From assembly GCA_001793895.1 (NCBI GenBank), contig MGIT01000001.1:106508-170507 (forward strand): a stretch of DNA of 64,000 bases, written 5' to 3'. Both the position numbers and the translations under genes were made by a program. Below, piece after piece: positions 45,514 to 53,476 of this stretch. Within the stretch, counting starts at the first letter, position 1, and every line of letters begins with the position of its first letter. The stretch is from Candidatus Wolfebacteria bacterium RIFOXYB1_FULL_54_12 (GTDB lineage: Bacteria; Patescibacteriota; Minisyncoccia; UBA6257; UBA9933). Under the pieces are notes generated by a model. It was not told where the DNA came from. It saw only the letters and a list, made by a program, of their open reading frames with translations, and did no database searches.

Positions 45514-46236
45514 ATGTACCAAATAAACACCGCACAATTCACCGGCCCCATAGAAACACTGCTCGAAATGATCGAGGCGCGCAAATTGGAGATCACACAA
45601 GTGAGTCTTGCTTTGGTGACCGATGATTTTCTTAAATTCGTACAGGAAATGAATCTGTCGGGCAAGGAGCGCAACGAAGCGGAAATTCGGTTTCTTTCGG
45701 ACTTTGTCGCAATCGCATCGCGCCTATTATTGATCAAATCAAAAGCACTTCTTCCCTCGCTTGAATTATCGACTGAAGATCAGGAAGATATCAAAGATCT
45801 CGAACATCGCTTGAAGTTCTACCAACAATTCAAACCTGCCATGGTACATGTAAAAACGCTCTATGAACAAGAATCGGTGGCGGTCGCGCGTCCGCTTTTG
45901 CTCGGCCGGCCGACCATTTTCTACCCATCACCCGAAATAACACCGTCAACAATGCACGCGGCGATGGCAACCCTATTCGAAACCCTTAAAGCCGCGGCAC
46001 TTGAGTTCAAAAAGGTTGAGAACACGGTAGTAAGGCTCGAAGAAAAGATCGAGGAAATACTCATGAAGGTTACTGCGGGCATAAAAAGCTTCGGCAACCT
46101 GATCAATGAAAAATCAAAGAAGGAGGTCGTGGTCCTCTTTCTTGCGCTGCTTCACCTGCTACGCGACCAACATATTCACGTGGAACAACCCGACCGCTTC
46201 GGCGACATCGCCATCAAAAAATCCCCCCACGAATGA
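45514..46236 (+). CDS. scpA: segregation and condensation protein A
   Basis: MYQINTAQFTGPIETLLEMIEARKLEITQVSLALVTDDFL. Confidence 0.8.
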   Translation: MYQINTAQFTGPIETLLEMIEARKLEITQVSLALVTDDFLKFVQEMNLSGKERNEAEIRFLSDFVAIASRLLLIKSKALLPSLELSTEDQEDIKDLEHRLKFYQQFKPAMVHVKTLYEQESVAVARPLLLGRPTIFYPSPEITPSTMHAAMATLFETLKAAALEFKKVENTVVRLEEKIEEILMKVTAGIKSFGNLINEKSKKEVVVLFLALLHLLRDQHIHVEQPDRFGDIAIKKSPHE

Positions 46237-46244
46237 TGCGGATA

Positions 46245-46291
46245 AAAAACGCTTAATAATATTGCTATAGCAATATTATTAAGCGTTTTTT
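46245..46291 (+). terminator. rho-independent terminator (perfect palindrome) after scpA
   Basis: aaaaaacgcttaataatattgctatagcaatattattaagcgtttttt. Confidence 0.7.
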
Positions 46292-46339
46292 ATTTCAGAA
46301 TTTCTCTGACTCTTGTCGCAGTCATCCATGTCACCGCCC

Positions 46340-46393
46340 TTATACCCTTTGGTGATAGAATATATCCACGATCAGGCGGTTATCGGGTTTCAT
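46340..46393 (-). pseudogene. duplicated 3' terminal fragment (17 codons plus stop) of the SDR gene; left direct repeat of the HEPN insert
   Basis: Reverse complement encodes MKPDNRLIVDIFYHQRV*. The SDR C-terminus is MKPDNRLIVDTFYHQRV*. 50 of 54 nt are identical to 47039..47092. Confidence 0.7.
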
Positions 46394-46394
46394 A

Positions 46395-47030
46395 TTACAT
46401 CGGTATTAGTTTAGCGCCCTCACTTTGTATCTTCTTATATATTCTTTCTATTCCATCAATATGTCTCACCCCTCTTTCATTATTACCCGCTTGCGCTTCA
46501 TGAATATTTTTTATCCAATCTTTTAACATTAGGATGCCTCCTTGCTTAATCAACTCATAAAGATCCTTTGGTTTCACCATAATTACAAGAGACTCTCCTA
46601 ATTTATTAATTCCACTCTCATACTCATCAACTTCTTTATCAGAAAATTTATTCGACGCCAGCGCCATATAAATACCATCACTTTCATTAGATAACCCGAA
46701 GAAATGGACTAAGGAATTTCTAAGATGCCAAAGACGTTCACTGCTTAATTTATGCCACCGTGTATTTTTAACATATTCCACATTTTGGCCTATTAAACAA
46801 AATGTACGGAGCCAAGAAGTAAACCGCTTGCTTTGTGTTTCGCATTTTCCATCATATTCATACCAGTAACTTGCAAGAATATCTAACAAGCTAAAAACAA
46901 TTATCGCTTGAATTCTAGGAGAAGAAGGATAATCACATAAAAAAATACTGTTGATATCTCTTATCACATCGTTAATGAAATCAACCACCTCCTTCTTCCG
47001 CTCATTATGCTTTTCAATCATTTGAACCAA
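46395..47030 (-). CDS. HEPN-like protein (Rx4-6H motif) on an AT-rich insert; possible toxin or abortive-infection-type nuclease
   Basis: 211 aa. The LWHLRNSLVHF segment carries an R-x4-H motif. The gene is visibly AT-rich compared with its flanks. Confidence 0.5.
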   Translation of the reverse strand: MVQMIEKHNERKKEVVDFINDVIRDINSIFLCDYPSSPRIQAIIVFSLLDILASYWYEYDGKCETQSKRFTSWLRTFCLIGQNVEYVKNTRWHKLSSERLWHLRNSLVHFFGLSNESDGIYMALASNKFSDKEVDEYESGINKLGESLVIMVKPKDLYELIKQGGILMLKDWIKNIHEAQAGNNERGVRHIDGIERIYKKIQSEGAKLIPM

Positions 47031-47038
47031 ATATAATA

Positions 47039-47770
47039 TTATACCCTTTGATGATAGAATGTATCCACGATTAGGCGGTTATCGGGTTTCATTTCTCCGA
47101 TGACCGTCTTGTAAATGACCTCCGCGACATCTGCGGGCGTATGGTGCGCCTCTGTGCCTTTGAACAGTTCTTTGAACATGTTCGTCCCTACTGACCCGGG
47201 GGTAATGGTGATCACATCGATCCCCGACTGCACCAGCTCGGCCGACAACGCCTGCGTAAACGCGATCACGCCGGCCTTGGTCGCCGAATAGACGGCAAGC
47301 TCGGGAATGCCACAGAGTCCCGCTCCCGATGAAATATTAATGATGCATTTTCGTTTCACGGTACAACCGTCATGATCGGTTTCCGCAACGCCGGTATCCA
47401 TGCTCTTCAAAGCCTCCTGCGTAACAATAAACATGCCGCCCAGGTTCACATTGACCATGCTTTGCCACTCGGCTTCCGTCGTATCCGCAAATCGCTTGCG
47501 CTGGGCAACGCCCGCATTGTTGATAAGCACATCGATGCCGCCAAAACGCTTCTTCGCTTCCGCAATGGCAAGGGCGACCTGCGCCCGATCGCACACATCC
47601 CCTTCTATGACCAATGTGCGATCAATAGGAAGCGTCATCGCTTCCGAGCTTGTCGCACCATGGGAATAAATGACAACATTCGCACCTTCGGCAATGAACT
47701 TTTTCGCGGTTTCCAATCCGATGCCCGTCGCCCCACCGGTAATGAATACTGTCTTTCCTTTGATATCCAT
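47039..47770 (-). CDS. short-chain dehydrogenase/reductase (SDR) family oxidoreductase
   Basis: MDIKGKTVFITGGATGIGLETAKKF (TGxxxGxG), NNAG, and a YxxxK-like motif. The listed start at 47842 lies inside the repeat TIR. Confidence 0.8.
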   Translation of the reverse strand: MDIKGKTVFITGGATGIGLETAKKFIAEGANVVIYSHGATSSEAMTLPIDRTLVIEGDVCDRAQVALAIAEAKKRFGGIDVLINNAGVAQRKRFADTTEAEWQSMVNVNLGGMFIVTQEALKSMDTGVAETDHDGCTVKRKCIINISSGAGLCGIPELAVYSATKAGVIAFTQALSAELVQSGIDVITITPGSVGTNMFKELFKGTEAHHTPADVAEVIYKTVIGEMKPDNRLIVDTFYHQRV

Positions 47771-47796
47771 AATGGTATTAGTATAGCATAACTTTT

Positions 47797-47824
47797 TGTC
47801 ATTCCGGCGGAGGCCGGAATGACA
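47797..47824. repeat. TGTCATTCC-family minimal single-module element
   Basis: tgtcattccggcggaggccggaatgaca. Confidence 0.85.
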
Positions 47825-47836
47825 ACATAAGAAGTT

Positions 47837-47904
47837 TGTCATCCTGAACTCGTTTCAGGATCTCATGGTAGTGCGATGAGATTCCGGCCTCCGCCGGAAT
47901 GACA
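47837..47904. repeat. TGTCATTCC nested-palindrome element (composite, 18 bp spacer)
   Basis: tgtcatcctgaactcgtttcaggatc tcatggtagtgcgatgag attccggcctccgccggaatgaca. Confidence 0.85.
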
Positions 47905-47937
47905 AATGCGCGGTTCTATTAATAGAACCGCGCATTC
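47904..47937. promoter_or_regulatory. perfect 34 bp palindrome abutting the repeat element
   Basis: aatgcgcggttctattaatagaaccgcgcatt. Confidence 0.3.
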
Positions 47938-48012
47938 ACCACCCTCCCACAAAAACAAAGAATCCGCTCGTCCATCAAATGGCGGACGAACAGATCCGGT
48001 AGAATTTCGCAT

Positions 48013-48046
48013 CCCTGTTATTAGTTATAGGTTGCTGGTTGTTAGC
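48013..48046. repeat. degenerate heptamer tract
   Basis: cctgttattagttataggttgctggttgttagcc. Confidence 0.5.
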
Positions 48047-48051
48047 CTGAA

Positions 48052-48088
48052 GTCAAATAAAAAACGCCTATGGCGTTTTTTATTTGAC
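48052..48088 (-). terminator. rho-independent terminator (37 bp perfect palindrome) overlapping the rplK stop codon
   Basis: gtcaaataaaaaacgcc-tat-ggcgttttttatttgac. Confidence 0.65.
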
Positions 48089-48502
48089 TTCGATTCCCAT
48101 CGATCGGGCTGCGCCCTTGATGATCTTTGCGGCCTGCTCGACGTCTTCAGTGTTAAGATCCACCATTTTCTTTTCGGCGATCTCACGCACCTGCGCCTCG
48201 GTAACGGTTCCCACCTTGATCTTCAGCGGATTCGCCGATCCCTTGGCGACGCCTGCCGCTTTGCGCAACAGATCGGATGCCGGGGAGGTCTTCAGCTTGA
48301 AGTCGAAGGTTCGATCTTCATAGATGTTGATCTCTGCGGGAATGATGCTTCCGACCATATCTTTGGTCGCTTCGTTGAACTGCTGGCAGAACTGCGCGAT
48401 ATTCACGCCGTGCTGACCCAATGCCGGACCAATCGGAGGAGCAGGGTTTGCCGCGCCACCCGGGATCTGAAGCTTAATGATAGTTTTGATTGCTTTTGCC
48501 AT
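48080..48502 (-). CDS. rplK: 50S ribosomal protein L11
   Basis: [35 protein letters not shown]. Confidence 0.9.
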   Translation of the reverse strand: MAKAIKTIIKLQIPGGAANPAPPIGPALGQHGVNIAQFCQQFNEATKDMVGSIIPAEINIYEDRTFDFKLKTSPASDLLRKAAGVAKGSANPLKIKVGTVTEAQVREIAEKKMVDLNTEDVEQAAKIIKGAARSMGIEVK

Positions 48503-48504
48503 AC

Positions 48505-48608
48505 TGTATATGAATTATGAATACTAAATAATGGATTATGGTAAGGAATATGTCAAGAATCTCATCTGCATTCATTCATTATTCATGATTCATGCTTCTT
48601 GATTCACG
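48505..48608. promoter_or_regulatory. long imperfect inverted repeat (ATGAAT/ATTCAT-rich) in the nusG-rplK intergenic region; candidate rplK leader or promoter region
   Basis: atgaattatgaatactaaataatggattatgg ... gcattcattcattattcatgattcatgcttcttgattcac. Confidence 0.25.
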
Positions 48609-48609
48609 C

Positions 48610-49206
48610 TTATATTTTTTGCAACTGCAACGAGTCCAACTCGACCGCAGTCTCTCGCCCGAAGATCGGCACAAGTACCTTGATCTTTGCGTGCTCCTGA
48701 TCGATATCGGATATCTTTCCTTCGTAGTCTTTGAACGGTCCGTCGGTGATCTTTACGATATCGCCAACGACATAATCCAAGGTAATTTTCTTCTCGCCAC
48801 CTTCCATGCGGGCGAGCAGAAAATCAACCTCTTCCTTCGACAACGGCGTCGGCTCGGTAGAATCCGATCCGACAAAACCGGTAACGCGCGGCGTATTGCG
48901 CACGACATACCATGAGTCTTCGCCCATGATCATGTCAACAAGCACATACCCGGGATAGATCTTTTCCTCGACTTCCTTGCGCTTTCCGTTCTTGATCTTG
49001 ATGCTCTTTTCCTTGGGAACGACGACGTTAAAGATCTTGTCATCCATTTCCAAAGAATCGACGCGCTGTTTCAAATAGCGCGCGACGGCATCTTCGTAGC
49101 CGGAATAGGTGTGCACGGCATACCAATGCCGCTCCCCTTTTTGGGAAAGTTCCTTTTTCTTCTCGGCCTTCTTTTCCGAAGTCGGTTGTGATGTTGTTTC
49201 AGTCAT
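48610..49206 (-). CDS. nusG: transcription termination/antitermination factor NusG
   Basis: NGN domain (WYAVHTYSGYEDAV) and KOW (GDIVKITDGPFKDYEGKI). The N-terminus has a Lys-rich extension. Confidence 0.85.
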   Translation of the reverse strand: MTETTSQPTSEKKAEKKKELSQKGERHWYAVHTYSGYEDAVARYLKQRVDSLEMDDKIFNVVVPKEKSIKIKNGKRKEVEEKIYPGYVLVDMIMGEDSWYVVRNTPRVTGFVGSDSTEPTPLSKEEVDFLLARMEGGEKKITLDYVVGDIVKITDGPFKDYEGKISDIDQEHAKIKVLVPIFGRETAVELDSLQLQKI

Positions 49207-49243
49207 GAATAATGTGCATTAATGCGCCACGCGCAATTCTTTG

Positions 49244-49465
49244 TTATATGAAGTACTGGACAAGCGCATAATTAAATACCATGTCCAATACACCCAAAAA
49301 GACGGCGAATATGAGCGAAAGTCCAATAACCATGCCGGTTAATCGAATGGTCTCCTGCCGGGTTGGCCAATTGACCCGCTTGAATTCGAGCTGCGACTCC
49401 TGAAAATACGAGGTAAGACGTGAAAACATAAGAATATAATAAGTTAGACAGTAATTACCATACAC
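49244..49465 (-). CDS. secE: preprotein translocase subunit SecE
   Basis: 73 aa, single TM, immediately upstream of nusG. Confidence 0.7.
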   Translation of the reverse strand: MYGNYCLTYYILMFSRLTSYFQESQLEFKRVNWPTRQETIRLTGMVIGLSLIFAVFLGVLDMVFNYALVQYFI

Positions 49466-49490
49466 TAAACCTTGAGAAAATGCAAGCCAT

Positions 49491-51494
49491 TTAAGTTATA
49501 TCCAAGTTGCGCACCAATGTTGCATTTGACTGGATGAACTGCTTGCGTGGCGCGACTTCGTCGCCCATCAATATCTCAAACAATCGATCGGCTTCCTGAG
49601 CGTCATCGATCTCAACCTGAAGCAACGTACGGAACTCCGGATTCATAGTCGTTTCCCAAAGCTGGTCGGGGTTCATTTCACCAAGACCCTTATAGCGCTG
49701 CACATTTACGTTCGACTCGCTCTTTTTACCGGCGGTCATTTCCGAAACGGCCTTGTCTTTTTGCTCGGGCGTGTACACATAGCGCACATCCTTACCAAGC
49801 TGGAGGCGGAACAATGGCGGCTGTGCAATGTACAAGAAACCTCCATCGATCACCGGGCGGAAGAAACGATAGAACAAGGTCAATAACAATGTTCGAATGT
49901 GCGCTCCATCAGTATCGGCGTCGGTCATGATGACAACTTTATGGTACCGCAACTTCTCGATATCAAAGCTATCGGAAATGGCAGTGCCGAGCGCAATGAC
50001 CAATGACTTGATTTCGTTATTGACAAGCATCTTGTCGAGCCGCGCGCGCTCGACGTTCAAGATCTTTCCCTTAAGCGGAAGAATGGCCTGGAACCGGCGA
50101 TCACGACCCTGCTTGGCCGAGCCTCCGGCAGAATCGCCTTCGACTATGTACAGCTCGGAATCAGCAGCTTTGCGACTGGAACAATCGGCAAGCTTCCCCG
50201 GCAGAGTCATACCCTCGAGCATGCCTTTGCGCAACACGGTATCCTTTGCGGCTTTTGCGGCCTTACGGGCCTTTTGGGCCAAGATACATTTTTCGATGAT
50301 CGCTTTGCCATCACCCGAATATTTTTCAAAGTATTCCTTTAGCGCTTCAGAGAGCACGGACTCCACTGCTCCGCGCGCTGCCGGCGTTCCTAAGCGGGCC
50401 TTGGTCTGCCCCTCGAATTGCGGATCGCGCAGCTTCACGGAGATGATCGCCGTAATACCCTCGCGCACATCATCGCCGGTCAAGTTATCTTCCGTTCCTT
50501 TTAATGCATTTATGTTGCGCGCGAATTCATTCAACGCGCGCGTCAGGGCCGTGCGAAAACCGGTCACATGCATACCGCCATCCGATGTATAGATATTGTT
50601 TGCAAAACTCAACTCACGAGCATCAGGGTCGTCGTTATAAATAAATGCCGCCTCAACATCAATACTCTCGTAACTTTTATGCGCATAGAAAGTCTCCTTG
50701 TGCACTGGGGTATGATTGCGATTTACATAACGGACGAACGAAATAAGTCCCCCTTCAAAATAGAAGGAGTAATAGAATGGAAGATCCTCTCGATCATCAA
50801 CGATCTCGATGCGGATCCCTTTGGTCAAAAACGCCTGTTGGCGCAAATGGCTTACGATTTCTTTGCGGTCGAATTCGAGCGTGGAGAAAATGGACCCGTC
50901 CGGCTTAAATAAGACCTTTGTTCCGTTGGCCGTGCACTTACCCGCTTTCTTTACATCGTATTGCGGTTTGCCGATCTTATATTCCTGCACATACATCGTG
51001 CCTTCTTTGCACACTTCGATCTTCATCCATGTCGAAAGTGCGTTTACGACCGAAAGGCCCACGCCGTGCAGACCGCCGGAAACCTTGTACGAATCGCCGT
51101 CAAACTTACCGCCGGCATGTAATGTAGTAGCCGCGGTTTCGAGTGCGGATTTTTTTGTCTTCGGGTGAATGTCTACGGGGATACCGCGCCCATCGTCGGC
51201 AACCGTAACCGTGCCGTCTTTCAACAGCTCTACCTTAATGCTCTTGGCATACCCAGCCATGGCTTCATCGAGCGAGTTGTCAAACACCTCCCAGATCAAA
51301 TGATGCAATCCCTGTTCGCCGGTCGAACCGATATACATACCGGGGCGCTTGCGCACCGGCTCCAATCCTTCGAGTACCTGAATATCCTTCGCGCTATACG
51401 AAGCATTCCCCCTGTTGTCGGTCGGTTCGTCCAACTTTTTGGCAGCCGCTTTCCGAGGCTTTTCTTCTTCTATGTTTTCTGCTTTTTTCGCCAT
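49491..51494 (-). CDS. gyrB: DNA gyrase subunit B (short form of 667 aa)
   Basis: GHKL ATPase (LHHLIWEVFDNSLDEAMAGY), Toprim (EGDSAGGSAKQGRDRRFQAILPLKGKILNVE), and a C-terminal QFIQSNA. Confidence 0.85.
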   Translation of the reverse strand: MAKKAENIEEEKPRKAAAKKLDEPTDNRGNASYSAKDIQVLEGLEPVRKRPGMYIGSTGEQGLHHLIWEVFDNSLDEAMAGYAKSIKVELLKDGTVTVADDGRGIPVDIHPKTKKSALETAATTLHAGGKFDGDSYKVSGGLHGVGLSVVNALSTWMKIEVCKEGTMYVQEYKIGKPQYDVKKAGKCTANGTKVLFKPDGSIFSTLEFDRKEIVSHLRQQAFLTKGIRIEIVDDREDLPFYYSFYFEGGLISFVRYVNRNHTPVHKETFYAHKSYESIDVEAAFIYNDDPDARELSFANNIYTSDGGMHVTGFRTALTRALNEFARNINALKGTEDNLTGDDVREGITAIISVKLRDPQFEGQTKARLGTPAARGAVESVLSEALKEYFEKYSGDGKAIIEKCILAQKARKAAKAAKDTVLRKGMLEGMTLPGKLADCSSRKAADSELYIVEGDSAGGSAKQGRDRRFQAILPLKGKILNVERARLDKMLVNNEIKSLVIALGTAISDSFDIEKLRYHKVVIMTDADTDGAHIRTLLLTLFYRFFRPVIDGGFLYIAQPPLFRLQLGKDVRYVYTPEQKDKAVSEMTAGKKSESNVNVQRYKGLGEMNPDQLWETTMNPEFRTLLQVEIDDAQEADRLFEILMGDEVAPRKQFIQSNATLVRNLDIT

Positions 51495-51538
51495 GTCTTA
51501 GAAAATAAAAGGCCATTGTCTGGCGCTTATGTAAATTC

Positions 51539-51563
51539 TGTCATTCCCGCGGAGGCGGGAATC
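51539..51563. repeat. TGTCATTCC-family solo A-module upstream of gyrB
   Basis: tgtcattcccgcggaggcgggaatc. Confidence 0.8.
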
Positions 51564-51656
51564 CATTACCATTATGATAGCAAAAACGAGCCAAAAAAGC
51601 CAGCGGCCAGAGGAGTAAAGCCCCTTCAAAACAACCGGGACGCTACAACAAAAAAA

Positions 51657-51692
51657 GCCCGATGGCACACCCTATAAAGGTGCCCACCGGGC
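51657..51692 (-). terminator. candidate rho-independent terminator
   Basis: An imperfect hairpin, gcccgatggcacc...ggtgcccaccgggc, with a T7 run on the minus strand. Confidence 0.35.
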
Positions 51693-51714
51693 TTTGCCCT
51701 AAAAAGAAAGGGGG

Positions 51715-52329
51715 CTATTCCAATGCCAACGGGATGCAGGAAGGGACGTCTATTTCACAACCCTCCCGATCCAAACAGATCGTGGTCCAATTGACCTCCG
51801 GCGAATATGATTTTCCAATGATCAAGCAACCCGTCGCCAGCACATTGCCCTCAGTCAGCTCATTCGGAAACTTGGACCGTTTATTACTTCGCAGGGCAAT
51901 CGGAAGTCGAGGAGCCAACTCCACCCAGCCGGTTTTATCAAGACGGATAAGAACCGAGCTATTAAACCCCCTGCGCGGAGCTTCAACGACGATCTCACCA
52001 CTACCTGTTAAAATATCTCCCGGCATAAGCGCCCGCGGCTGGGAAATTGTCGGCGTGCGCAACATGCTTGAACCGTTGCTCTTTTGCCTCTCGTAATATT
52101 CGCGAAGATCGTATGAACGCTCGTGGATCTCGTCGGGCCAACCGGGAGTTTCCAGCTCGGCCAGTCTTCCCGCTCTCATAAGGATCATTGTATTGCTTTT
52201 GCTATCAGCAAAAACGATCCCGACATGATCGCAGGCCTTGTTAGTCCGGATGACGCAATGCTTTCCTTTGTGCTCGCCCGAAATAATACGAAATACCTTA
52301 CTGTCCGGCCTAATGATAGACATGCCCAC
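51715..52329 (-). CDS. hypothetical protein
   Basis: 204 aa with no confident motif. Confidence 0.35.
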   Translation of the reverse strand: MGMSIIRPDSKVFRIISGEHKGKHCVIRTNKACDHVGIVFADSKSNTMILMRAGRLAELETPGWPDEIHERSYDLREYYERQKSNGSSMLRTPTISQPRALMPGDILTGSGEIVVEAPRRGFNSSVLIRLDKTGWVELAPRLPIALRSNKRSKFPNELTEGNVLATGCLIIGKSYSPEVNWTTICLDREGCEIDVPSCIPLALE

Positions 52330-52426
52330 ACCCTCCTCTTTCTATGGATATATATGTAAAATAAGAGCTAACTCAAACTAACACCTGCGTTGCGCACTGT
52401 CAAACGATATTTAAAAAAATATTTTG

Positions 52427-52497
52427 AGCGGGTAAAGGGAATCGAACCCTCGCTTCAACCTTGGGAAGGTTGCGCACTACCACTATGCAATACCCGC
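52427..52497 (-). tRNA. tRNA-Gly (CCC)
   Basis: Reverse complement reads GCGGGTATTGCATAGTGGTAGTGCGCAACCTTCCCAAGGTTGAAGCGAGGGTTCGATTCCCTTTACCCGCT. The anticodon loop is ttCCCaa. Confidence 0.75.
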
Positions 52498-52880
52498 AAA
52501 AACGATACAGGCATTATAAAGAACAACCGGACAAAAGTGAAGTCATGGAAATAAAAAAACGACCTCTATGGTCGACGCGAATAAAGAAAACAAACCCGGT
52601 TGATGGCGATCGAACGAACCCAGTATTCCACGCAAGAAGAATGTAAGAATTCCCATATGAAATTGTCTGCCCATGCGCACAATAAAATACTGTATTTAGT
52701 ATAGGGCAACCAAATAAGATATACAACACCCGCACACCTTTTCTGTAACCCCGGCGGAGCTCGCCACGTGGAAAGTAGAAACTTTCTTTACGTGGGCCGG
52801 AGGAGTCCAGCGTTTTCCGCGATAGCGGTAGCTGGACATTCAGACCCTAACAATGCCGGGAATGACGATGCGAGATTGGG

Positions 52881-52987
52881 TGTCATCCCCGTCCGTCCGC
52901 CAGCCGGCGGACGGAGGGATCCATGGTTTTTGCAGTAGTAGGGCTGGGATACCCAGACTCTGGATTCCCGTTTTCACGGGAATGACA
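52881..52987. repeat. TGTCATTCC nested-palindrome element (composite, long spacer)
   Basis: tgtcatccccgtccgtccgccagccggcggacggagggatc ... gactctgg attcccgttttcacgggaatgaca. Confidence 0.75.
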
Positions 52988-53054
52988 ATACCGAGGTGAC
53001 AAAGCAAGAAAATACTCATACAAAAAGGTTGTGACCCCGGCGGAGCTCGCCACG

Positions 53055-53084
53055 TGGTCCGCCAATGGCGGATCGGAATGACAC
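53055..53084. repeat. TGTCATTCC-family right-end fragment
   Basis: tccgccaatggcggatcggaatgaca. Confidence 0.5.
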
Positions 53085-53151
53085 CATCCACGCATTGTCA
53101 TGTCGACGCCTACCCGCCTTGGTCGGGAAGGCCGGTATCCGGTGTCTTGCA

Positions 53152-53289
53152 TTGTCATTCCGAGAGTAGCGGAGCGGAGCCAAGGAATCTGTTTTTAGTA
53201 CGGATCCCTGCTCCACCTCCGCCAGCTGGCGGATATGGCGGCACGCGGTCGATTTAATTCCGCTTCGCTATATTGCACTCGGGATGACA
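53152..53289. repeat. TGTCATTCC-family element, degenerate long composite
   Basis: tgtcattccgagagtagcggagcggagccaaggaatc ... ctccgccagctggcggatatggcgg ... cgggatgaca. Confidence 0.55.
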
Positions 53290-53476
53290 GAAAGAACTGC
53301 TATCGAATTAGTAAACAATTTGCCGTGTTTATTACCACCGCTTGAATTCGTTTGGTATGCGCGTTAGCTAAGCAATAATTGACTACAGCCAATAAGTGTT
53401 CTATACTTGTTCTATATTAGAATAAATACATTGAATACTGCTCACGTTTTATTGTTCTATCTACGTTCTAACATAT

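Noticed and set aside
46395-47030. The AT-rich insert as a prophage or integrative element.
   Set aside because: It carries a single ORF. There is no integrase and there are no structural genes. It is described as a cassette-like single-gene insertion.
559-53289. The ATTCCC-N8-GGGAAT modules match the textbook form of Neisseria dRS3 repeats, which could suggest a Neisseria origin.
   Set aside because: Gene content and protein divergence do not fit Neisseria. GyrB is a short 667 aa form, and there are a CPR-type TraG-like ATPase, a divergent DnaB and tRNA-flanked small genes. The similarity is treated as convergent or analogous repeat architecture. A database search is still needed.
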